Assembly: GCA_046761065.1 (NCBI GenBank)
Contig: JBHIFL010000089.1
Coordinates: 1 to 14,865, forward strand
DNA from: Candidatus Heimdallarchaeota archaeon
Lineage (GTDB): Archaea > Asgardarchaeota > Wukongarchaeia > Wukongarchaeales > JBHIFL01
Length of the DNA stretch: 14,865 nucleotides
Reading direction: 5' to 3'
Shown: one piece after another, positions 1 through 7,625 of the stretch
Numbering within the stretch: the stretch's first letter is position 1
Layout: each line of letters begins with the position of its first letter
The notes under the pieces: model-generated
Seen by the model: the letters and a program-made list of their open reading frames with translations, nothing else
Database searches by the model: none
What the model was told of the DNA's origin: nothing
Program-made: the position numbers and the translations under genes

Positions 1-36
1 AGAGGTGAGGTAATCGAACTGGAATCGGTTAACTAG
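1..36 (+). CDS. Possible 3' end of an upstream gene (…RGEVIELESVN*)
   Basis: Frame 1 is open from base 1 to TAG at 34-36 and is followed by a pyrimidine-rich tract (118-128). It converges on mglA. Too short to identify. Confidence 0.3.
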   Translation, partial: RGEVIELESVN

Positions 37-179
37 AAGATAGCTTGGGCAACAAGCTAAACTAAACCAAGAAATCTAATCTTGGCTCTAAAAATAGTAT
101 ACCTGTAAGATAAAGATTTCCTTCTTTTATGTTAAAAACCTATCTGTTTCTGAGCCTTAAACCCTACTGATTACTCCGT

Positions 180-764
180 TCATTCTTTTCTTATACCATA
201 AAGCTTATGAAGGACGATTTCTCGGGCAATACACTGAAAAGCTCGTTTAACTCCTAGTCCTCGGGTTGCAATGGTCTCATACACATAAACGGGGATCCCT
301 CGTCCATCTAATCCTAGTTCTTTAAGCATTTTCTCCCGCGAGACCGCACTATCCACATCCCGTTTGTTTAATGTAATGACAAACGGAATATCCGTCCCTA
401 ACTGGTCCCCAACTGCTTCCATTAGCTCTTGCATACTTTCAATATTATCTGCCATCTGTCTAGGATCCGAATCTGCAACAAAAATTATTCCATCCGCTCC
501 TTTCACTACCAGTTTTCGTTGGTGCACATGGCGTATTTGCCCTGCTGTCGTGTAAACGTCGAAAACTACTCTCTCACTTGCGGATAGGGGGACATAATCA
601 AAATAAAGTGTTCTTCCAGTGGGGTCTTCAATAGATGTGAAACCACCTTTAGTGAATCCTTCAACTTCGTTGTAAATCCAACGTAGGCTTGTGGTTTTAC
701 CTCCCATGGATGGACCATACAAGACAATCTTGAAATGGAGGATCCCATCAACATCCTTTCTCAT
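180..764 (-). CDS. mglA: MglA-family small GTPase (194 aa)
   Basis: G1 GPSMGGKT; MglA-type switch I RTLYFD (intrinsic Arg next to the Thr); G3 lacking Asp (TTAGQ, cf. TVPGQ); G4 NKRD; G5 ETIA. Start moved from TTG 824 to ATG 764 because GAGGAGG lies at 776-770. Directly downstream of a roadblock gene. Confidence 0.9.
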   Translation of the reverse strand: MRKDVDGILHFKIVLYGPSMGGKTTSLRWIYNEVEGFTKGGFTSIEDPTGRTLYFDYVPLSASERVVFDVYTTAGQIRHVHQRKLVVKGADGIIFVADSDPRQMADNIESMQELMEAVGDQLGTDIPFVITLNKRDVDSAVSREKMLKELGLDGRGIPVYVYETIATRGLGVKRAFQCIAREIVLHKLYGIRKE

Positions 765-826
765 TGGAACCTCCTCGGGGCAACAACTTGTAAGTTCAAT
801 AATGGTTCTTAGTGTACCAGCCAAGG

Positions 827-848
827 GAAGAGATACTGAAGAGATACT
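827..848. repeat. Tandem 11-bp direct repeat GAAGAGATACT x2
   Basis: Exact copies at 827-837 and 838-848 in the mglB-mglA spacer. Confidence 0.85.
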
Positions 849-855
849 GGCATCC

Positions 856-1350
856 TTAGAATCGTTCTAATTCATCGAGTGCTTGTTTAAGTTCTTCTTT
901 TTCGAGTTTGGGGGCCCCCTCTGTTACCACTTCCTCTGGGATCCGGGGGGTTGGTTTCTCTCCGACTCCAAGGAATTCATCTAGCAACCGGGACAATTCA
1001 TCCGAGTATTTCGTCATGACTAGTCGAATCAGTCCGATGTTCACATCCGGGTCCGTGATCACACACAACACCCCTTTTCCGCAACTTGACGCAAAAATCT
1101 TCCCATTCTCAAACTCGGACATCACGGTATCTAGGTCTCCTATATCTAAATTCTTTCCCTGCTCCTCACTCGCGCAAAAAACCGCGCTTGCGATCGCTCC
1201 GATGCCGTCGACATCAACGGGAAAGTAAGCGAACTTAGAAACGTGAGCGATCGTCAATCCAGTGCGATCAACAAGGATGACCTTTTTGATACCAGTTTCG
1301 GATTTGATAATCTTCGAGAGGATTCGATCAAACGCTTTAGCGTCGAGCAT
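856..1350 (-). CDS. mglB: MglB-like Roadblock/LC7 protein with C-terminal linker and amphipathic helix
   Basis: Roadblock pattern (GIKKVILVDRTGLTIA…GAIASAVF…GVLCVITD…NIGLIRLVM). Immediately upstream of mglA. SD GAGGTGA ends 4 nt before the ATG. Confidence 0.85.
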   Translation of the reverse strand: MLDAKAFDRILSKIIKSETGIKKVILVDRTGLTIAHVSKFAYFPVDVDGIGAIASAVFCASEEQGKNLDIGDLDTVMSEFENGKIFASSCGKGVLCVITDPDVNIGLIRLVMTKYSDELSRLLDEFLGVGEKPTPRIPEEVVTEGAPKLEKEELKQALDELERF

Positions 1351-1407
1351 CAGATCACCTCTTCTGCCATCAATCGAGGCAGAAAGTACAACAAGTATAT
1401 TTTTGCC

Positions 1408-1419
1408 AATTGTATAAAA
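1408..1419 (-). promoter_or_regulatory. Putative TATA-containing promoter element for mglB-mglA
   Basis: Minus strand reads TTTTATACAATT, about 60 nt upstream of the ATG. The same 12-mer lies upstream of the neighbouring roadblock gene. Confidence 0.55.
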
Positions 1420-1515
1420 ATATATGCAATAAGACGTTTTGGGGGAGGACCAGTAGACAAGATATTTTAAACCTCATTTAGATAAGCATTATGGTAGGGA
1501 TTTGCCGTGTTGCCG

Positions 1516-1833
1516 TTATGCGACCTTATCTCTTAAAACAATCAAGATGTAGTCACTTTCAGGCGCGATCAAGATCTCTCCATCTTGCAGATCGATGGTT
1601 AAGAAGTTCAGGGAGCTTTCCCCGAGTTCTTTTACAATACTCATGGCTTTGCCAACTAAGCTGGTAATCAAGGCGGAAACCTTTTCGGTGGTTTCAGTGT
1701 CACAATCGGAACTGATGGGCAAGCCTTCATTATTGGTGACGATCACGCCCCGCACACCTTCATAGCGGGCAAATCGCTTTAGTGTTGCTTGGAGTTTCTC
1801 TTGCGAAATCATGGGTGCCGCAACCATCCTCAT
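1516..1833 (-). CDS. Roadblock/LC7 protein, dynein light chain roadblock (DYNLRB)-like
   Basis: TLKRF…[17 protein letters not shown]…KA…V…LNFLTI…[14 protein letters not shown] aligns by eye over its full length with eukaryotic DYNLRB (TLKRL…GVQGIIVVNTEGIPIKS…LTFLRI…EIMVAPDKDYFLIV). The start could be a downstream ATG (1827 or 1812). Confidence 0.9.
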   Translation of the reverse strand: MRMVAAPMISQEKLQATLKRFARYEGVRGVIVTNNEGLPISSDCDTETTEKVSALITSLVGKAMSIVKELGESSLNFLTIDLQDGEILIAPESDYILIVLRDKVA

Positions 1834-1863
1834 TTTGGTGTTGGTCTCTACATCTCTACCGGT

Positions 1864-1875
1864 AATTGTATAAAA
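1864..1875 (-). promoter_or_regulatory. Putative TATA-containing promoter element for the DYNLRB-like gene
   Basis: Minus strand TTTTATACAATT about 30-40 nt upstream of the ATG, preceded by purine-rich CGGAAAA (BRE-like). Confidence 0.6.
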
Positions 1876-2431
1876 TATTTTCCGTAAGCACGTCGCAAGT
1901 GAGCATAGTGGGGGGAAGCTGCAGCGGGCTATTTGGGAGAAGGTCGATAGGTGTGCGAGGCATCAACTCCAAGGGGGATGGAGAAAGGCCAAACCTGCAT
2001 TACGAGGCGAGGGAAGAGAGGACCAGGCCAAGGAGCATGCCATAGCCGAAGATAACGCATTTTTGTCCCCTCTTCCCACGAAAGTCATATTGGAGACGGG
2101 CGGGCCAAGGGTGTTTAGATGAGCCTTGGGGGGTGCGGGGTAGCTCGACGCGGGCTTGAGTCGTTCGAGAGATTTCCGTCCCGGATGTTGCCCAGGGGTG
2201 CGGTGGATCAAGGGCACAGCCAAGGAGTGCGGGGTCGTTCTTCTGTCCATAAGGTCATGGAGTGCATGAAACGATCGCCTGCCGTTTCGTTTTGTTCGCG
2301 TCTCCTGGTCATGTAGTCTCTCTGATTCATTTTCTTCTATAGAAGCTGTTGGAAAAGCGCAGTAGCAACTGATCTTGGAAAGTGATTATTGGGGGAGTAG
2401 CTGCACATCACAAGTTGTCAGGTTTCTTTAA

Positions 2432-2496
2432 AAGCTTTGAACGGTGTGTACTGTTTCATCACTATAGGTACTAGATTCCTATTTAAGCTTTGAACG
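2432..2496. repeat. 12-bp direct repeat AAGCTTTGAACG, 53 bp apart
   Basis: Exact copies at 2432-2443 and 2485-2496, each preceded by a TTT(AA) tract. Confidence 0.8.
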
Positions 2497-2635
2497 CGTT
2501 GAACGAAAGAGATTTAAGGGGATTTGTGTTAAGGTCGGGTTGTTAAGGGAAAGTGTGCTATTATTAGCGTCTTTGTAGAGTTAGTCGAAAATGAATCTAG
2601 TGCAGCGGATGGCCGCATAAGCCGGAGGAATTCCA

Positions 2636-4157
2636 ATGGTAAGGGGATGGAACTCCCAATTTTGGCGTTTCAGTTCAAAAGAGGATAGCTTAGATTTTGT
2701 TCATCGTATCATAAGATATGGAGGGGTGGGTTTCACATCGCTTTACACGATGCTCCTCCTAATCTTCTTACTGACGTGGTGTGGCCCTTATCGCCCGTAT
2801 ATGGGGGTGGGGGAGGTGTTACTGGTTCTGTTGGGGGGGTAGTCTGTCTGGCGGTTGACAGGCTCAATGGGGGTATTCTATGGTGTTGCATCCCGACAGC
2901 AGGGTTGACACACCGCCTATGTCACTGCGTAAGCGAGTGGCCGCTACCTGTCGACGTCTGTTCCCCATCCGGAAGTACATCGACGCATTGAGCACTGTAA
3001 TCCAGCGTCGGAAGAACAAAGTGCTTCTTCTCTTAGGCCTATTCATCATAACAAGTGTCAGCATTCTTATCATGGATTTCCGCCCACGGGCGGCCTGGGT
3101 GCGAAGGGTGGCAACTTCCGGGTGGGTTGCTCCTTCTCGGGGTTATAACGACCTTAGTGTATCTGTGGTGGGGTTCCGACACCCCCTCACAAAGAGCCAA
3201 AAGCCTCCAGCGCGATTGTCTAGATCAGAAACTTCCCCCTTCGGTGGGTTCCTGCCGGGGTTGTTTCTGGCGCTGGGACTTTCTTTGTGCTACCACTACC
3301 GATTTCATGATGATCCCTTTTCCCTTGGGTAGGTGGTGCTTCTCTGGGTTGTGGTGAGTGGCGGGATGTGGCGTCTCAAGACCCAGCAAAGGGCGATGCA
3401 CCAGAGAACGAATCGGTTGTGTCGAAAACGAAGGGGGCTCCAACCGAGCCGATCAATGGGTGAGATCACGGGAAATCCCTGCTGCATGTAAGCCTAGTTG
3501 TGGGCTTAATGGTGAGCATTACAAACTGGGTTTGGGGCTTGGTGCCGAATTCGCCGTTCTATCAGGTAACCGGCTTTCTGTATCAGGAGGTCAGAGTGCT
3601 GCCGTATCTGCAAAGTCACGACCTCTTGGTCGCAGTTTTCACAGTGAGTTCGCTCGTGAGTGAGGTTGTTATACATGCCTTGACCAACCCTTGGCCGGCG
3701 TTCTTCCTCATGGGACTCCCTGCCGTGGCGTATTGGCGCTATCTTGCTCGTGTCTAGAAATGGTACCAGTGTTACACCCTCCGAGTGACCATCATTGGAC
3801 GTGTCATGGTCACCTTGAAACCAGTCGTTGTCTCGGGCGCGCTGGGAGTCAATGGGGTAGGTCTCCTCCACTTAGGTATTGGGTCTAAAGACGGGGTGGG
3901 TTCTGGTGCTCTCTTTGGCTTATGGTCTTTACTTTCCTTTCTTAATTATTGATCATCATTTTCATCATGCGTATTATGTTAGCCAGGTGAACCTCACTGG
4001 GAACCAGAAAGTCCTCGCTCAACAAAAGGAATCGCCCAGGATTGCCATGTATAGGCAGGCGCGCCAGTCGATCTACCTGGAAAAAGAACGCCTCCGGTGT
4101 ATCAAGCAGCTCAATAAACTAAACGAAGAGCTGCGCGAACTCCAGAAACTTGGTTGA
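2636..4157 (+). pseudogene. Fragmented multi-pass membrane protein gene(s) ending in a coiled-coil segment
   Basis: Successive + strand ORF pieces (2636-2842, 2880-3332, 3500-3757, 3879-4157) each carry hydrophobic TM-like runs. Hydrophobic reading continues past stops (…DPFSLG*VVLLWVVVSGG…). Frames alternate. The last piece ends in heptad-like LEKERLRCIKQLNKLNEELRELQKL. Confidence 0.5.
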
Positions 4158-4166
4158 GGCTGAATT

Positions 4167-4373
4167 ATGCTGCCCAAGGAAAACTCCTATGGGTTCACAC
4201 TTTGGGAAGGTTTGTCCTTTGGACGATTGTTACATGCATGTTTGGGATTATTTCCTCCCAAGCTTTATTGGCCGATTGAGAGGCCAGTGAAACGGATAGC
4301 CTTCTCGGAGGTGGAAGTGAATACAAATGGATCAAACAAGAATCAAATAAATATACACACGCCGATGAAGTAG
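4167..4373 (+). CDS. Doubtful small hypothetical protein (68 aa)
   Basis: ATG 9 nt after the previous stop, with GAGG upstream. No recognisable motif. Confidence 0.2.
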   Translation: MLPKENSYGFTLWEGLSFGRLLHACLGLFPPKLYWPIERPVKRIAFSEVEVNTNGSNKNQINIHTPMK

Positions 4374-4547
4374 GCCAATCGCAGAACCAGTGGGAGGATT
4401 TATATAGAAGGATCCTGACAACAAAGTAGGGAATACAGGTGGTTTACTACCTTGAAAAATCGTCGAATTGCGCAATAGGAATAAAAGGTCAATAATTCGA
4501 TATCAAGGTCGGTTAAATGCGATCCCTCCGTGTAAGGGGGTAGGTTT

Positions 4548-7500
4548 GTGAGCGAGCACGAGGAACTGAACAAACTCCGACAATTCGTCCGAAATTACAT
4601 CCCAAGTGATGCCCGGGGAGAGGAAAACCCTTTAGATCCGCTATTTGAGTTTCTACAAAGCCCTTATGAAAAGGTAAGGCTTGAAACCATTGCATCAATC
4701 CAAGGACTGATACACAAGGGGCTAAATCCCGCACAAGTTATGCCCATTCTTCTCAAAACGCTGCAAGACGAAGACAAGAAGATCCGAGAGGAAGTGGCAT
4801 GGACCCTTGGCATTATAGGGGAGAAAGTGGATGATCCTAGGCCCGTGATTTCCGCGCTGCTGGCCACGGTGTTGAACGAGGACTGGTGGGTGCGAGCAAC
4901 AGCGGCGGAGGCCCTTGGCAAGCTCGGGCCGCGCCTAGAGGATCCAGCACCCGTGGTGGCCGCGCTTGTGGCCTCAGCGCAGGACGAAGCCTGGCAGTTG
5001 CGGAAAATGGCGGTGAAAGCTCTTGGTGAGCTTGGGAGCCAGCTAGAGGATCCAGCGACCGTGGTAGCCACGTTGCAAGCCGGATTAAAAGATAAAAGGA
5101 AGCCGATACGGGAAACAGCGGCAGAGGCTCTTGGCGAGCTTGGGAGCCAGCTGGAGGATCCGGCACCCGTGGTGGTTGCGCTGCTAGCTGTATTGGAGGA
5201 GGAAGCTAGGGATGTACAAAAAATGGCGGAAAAGGCGCTTAGAGCGCTAACAGACAAATTGAAGGATCCGGTTTTTGCCGTGCCTGTGCTGCTAACTGCG
5301 TTGAAAGATAAAAACAGAGATGGTCGTAGAATAGTGGAAAAGACGCTCAAAGTGATGATAAGACATTTGGAGAATCCAGAGCACTTAATTTCCACACTGC
5401 TGGCTGTGGTGAAGAATGAAAACGATGAAATACGAGAGATGGTGGTAAGGGCGCTTGGGGGGGTGGCTTGGGCTCTTGGTAAGATTGGGAGCCAGTTGGA
5501 GGATCCGGCGCCTGTGGTATCCGCGATTTTGGATACACTAAAGGACAAAGAATTGAAGTATAAGGACATAGAGCGATTTATCGAGATAGTAAACAATTTA
5601 GAGAGCTTCTCGCAGATTGTACCCACCCTACAAGAGGCCTTGAAAGACAAGAATGTCTGGATTCGAGCGATGGCTGCTCAAGCGTTGGCAGTCAGAGCGG
5701 ACGAAGTAGAGGATCTTAACCCTGTGGTGACCATGCTTCTTGAGGAGGTGGAGAAGACCGACGACCACGACGAGGTGGATCCGCGTGTAATAACGGCCCT
5801 TGTGACAATAGTTCCCTGCGTTAAGGATCCTTCTGCGGTTGTCCCAGCACTTCATAAAGTCATGTATACCGAAGGTGAAGAATACGTCCGTTGGGATGTA
5901 GTGAAGGCCCTTGGGGTGATAGGCCCTAAGGTGCAGAATCCCTCCGAAGTGGCCGACCTGTTACTGGAGGTGATCTTTGAACCTGACGAAGATGTCAGTG
6001 ATGAGATCAAAGGAGAAGCTATCGAAGGCCTTTTTAACCTAGTGGAGGGTCTAGGCGATCCTTCGCCCATTATCCCAACGCTTGCAGAGGCTTTTTCCCT
6101 TGATGGGGACTTTGAAGCCATAGAAGAATATGGCTGGTGCCAGGAATATTATCCGTATGCGGGACTGGCATTGGACCTGTTTAGGGCGATTGTGGAGAAG
6201 CTGGAAGATCCCATGCCCGTGGTCGCCCCTCTACTGTGGCTCTTGGATGCCGGTTATGCGGACGTAAGCTGGTCCTCGGTGAGAGGTGAGATGATCGGTT
6301 CGTTGCATGCGGACATCCGCTGGACCGTGGCAGAAACGCTGGAGGCCCTCTGCTGGCGGGTGGCGGACCCCTCGGTGTTAGTGAATCCCCTTATTTCCTT
6401 TTTCTATTTCGAGCATAAGGGCGAGTGGCCTGCCGCCTGGCTCTTGGCGGTGGTCGTCTGTCGGTTGAGTGGTTTCACTCCCCCTGTCCCTGTACTTCGT
6501 GAGCTTTTAGCAGATGTGAAAGTGAAGGAAAAAAAGGAAAAAGGAGAGGTCTGGGGAGCGGAGGTCTGTGGTTGGATTCTCTCCCAACTTGAAGACCCGG
6601 TGGCGGTACTCCCTACCCTCCGAAAGCACCTGAAGGGGCATGAAGAAACCTTAGCTGCGATCCTAGGTGAGGTAGGAAGGTGTCTGGAGGATCCAACGTT
6701 CTTTGTACCGTTGCTCCTCCAACTCTTAGCAAAAGAAGATGCGGACGTACGCTGTGCAGCAGCGATGGCGCTCGGGAAGCTGCGGCCCAAATTACACGAT
6801 CCCTCTCCTCTAGCGCTTCCACTCTTACAAGCCGTGTTAGCTGTGGGAGCTGCAGACGATGACGCATGGGAGGAGATGATAAAGGTGTTGGTAGAAGTAA
6901 TCGGAGCATTAGAGAATCCCGCCCCGGTGGTGGAGGCGCTGCTGGCGGCTGTGCAGGACGAAAACGAGGGGATGCGCTATACGGCTGTGTTGACATTCAA
7001 AGAACTTGCAGATCTGATAGAGAATCCAACGCCCGTGGTAGTCGTGCTGGTGGACGCGTTGAAAAGTAACAATTTGTGGATGCGAAGAGCGGCGGCGGAA
7101 GCCCTAGATGATATAGGGAGCCAGCTGGAGAACCTGGCGCCTGTGGTATCTGCGTTACTGGATAAATTAACAGACGAGAATGCTTCAGTTCGAGCAACGG
7201 CGGCGAGAAGTCTTGACAAACTTGGCTGGAAGCCACAAATTGCTACCGAACAAGCACATTACTTAATTGCGAAACAAGCTTGGGATGAGGTGTCGAGAAT
7301 TGGAGCACCTGCGATTGCTCCCCTCATTCAGACATTGGCGGATGATGAATGGCTTTTCCCAACGAGAGCAGCAAATGCTCTTAAGAAGATAGGAGAGCCA
7401 GCAGTAGATGCCCTCATTCGGGTGCTACAGGCTGCAGATCGTGAGGTTCGAAGAAGGGCAGCTTGGACGCTTGGAGAGATTGGGGATGAGAAGGCAGTTG

Positions 7501-7592
7501 AACCACTCACTCAAGCTCTAACGGATAAAAATCAGGATGTTCAGAGAGCAGCACGAGAGGCGTTAGTAAAGATCAAGACGAAGAGCCGCTGA
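4548..7592 (+). CDS. Large HEAT-repeat (alpha-solenoid) protein, 1014 aa
   Basis: Many units of the form LEDPAPVVxALLxxLxDExxxVRxxAAxALGxLGxx (36 aa). The C-terminal units are the classical ~31-aa PBS-lyase HEAT type. GTG start after a G-rich SD-like stretch. Confidence 0.92.
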   Translation: MSEHEELNKLRQFVRNYIPSDARGEENPLDPLFEFLQSPYEKVRLETIASIQGLIHKGLNPAQVMPILLKTLQDEDKKIREEVAWTLGIIGEKVDDPRPVISALLATVLNEDWWVRATAAEALGKLGPRLEDPAPVVAALVASAQDEAWQLRKMAVKALGELGSQLEDPATVVATLQAGLKDKRKPIRETAAEALGELGSQLEDPAPVVVALLAVLEEEARDVQKMAEKALRALTDKLKDPVFAVPVLLTALKDKNRDGRRIVEKTLKVMIRHLENPEHLISTLLAVVKNENDEIREMVVRALGGVAWALGKIGSQLEDPAPVVSAILDTLKDKELKYKDIERFIEIVNNLESFSQIVPTLQEALKDKNVWIRAMAAQALAVRADEVEDLNPVVTMLLEEVEKTDDHDEVDPRVITALVTIVPCVKDPSAVVPALHKVMYTEGEEYVRWDVVKALGVIGPKVQNPSEVADLLLEVIFEPDEDVSDEIKGEAIEGLFNLVEGLGDPSPIIPTLAEAFSLDGDFEAIEEYGWCQEYYPYAGLALDLFRAIVEKLEDPMPVVAPLLWLLDAGYADVSWSSVRGEMIGSLHADIRWTVAETLEALCWRVADPSVLVNPLISFFYFEHKGEWPAAWLLAVVVCRLSGFTPPVPVLRELLADVKVKEKKEKGEVWGAEVCGWILSQLEDPVAVLPTLRKHLKGHEETLAAILGEVGRCLEDPTFFVPLLLQLLAKEDADVRCAAAMALGKLRPKLHDPSPLALPLLQAVLAVGAADDDAWEEMIKVLVEVIGALENPAPVVEALLAAVQDENEGMRYTAVLTFKELADLIENPTPVVVVLVDALKSNNLWMRRAAAEALDDIGSQLENLAPVVSALLDKLTDENASVRATAARSLDKLGWKPQIATEQAHYLIAKQAWDEVSRIGAPAIAPLIQTLADDEWLFPTRAANALKKIGEPAVDALIRVLQAADREVRRRAAWTLGEIGDEKAVEPLTQALTDKNQDVQRAAREALVKIKTKSR
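4830..5506 (+). repeat. Intragenic 108-nt tandem repeat array
   Basis: GAGGATCC-type anchors at 4938, 5046, 5154, 5262 and 5370 (108-nt period), then 5499. The long shared string GAGCTTGGGAGCCAGCTRGAGGATCC recurs. Confidence 0.85.
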
Positions 7593-7625
7593 ATTTGGAA
7601 GCGATAAACTGGATATAATGATATA

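Noticed and set aside
765-824. 20-aa N-terminal extension of MglA from TTG 824
   Set aside because: A strong SD (GAGGAGG) precedes ATG 764 and the extension has no family resemblance.
1834-2250. ORF 1963-2250 ends in TGA in frame with the roadblock gene, suggesting selenocysteine read-through
   Set aside because: The upstream peptide looks non-coding, a TATA element sits at 1864-1875 within the would-be fusion, and no SECIS or redox motif is visible.
2382-2462. C/D-like boxes (minus GTGATGA 2462-2456 and CTGA 2421-2418) and CGGTGTGTAC, antisense to 16S ~1392-1401, on +
   Set aside because: Box spacing is wrong, there is no terminal stem, and the rRNA-complementary 10-mer is on the opposite strand from the good boxes.
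2840-3875. Amber (pyrrolysine-type) recoding to explain the repeated TAG stops
   Set aside because: Frameshifts and TGA/TAA stops would also have to be bypassed, and rpl35Ae ends in TAG at its normal length.
4830-7200. HEAT DNA repeats as a CRISPR array or DGR template/variable pair
   Set aside because: The repeats are in-frame, degenerate and coding, differences are not adenine-specific, and there is no cas or reverse transcriptase gene in the window.
4513-7510. Long antisense ORFs over the HEAT gene (e.g. 4664-5650) and other shadow ORFs opposite real genes
   Set aside because: Ser/Ala/Thr-rich mirror translations of repetitive coding DNA; no independent signals.
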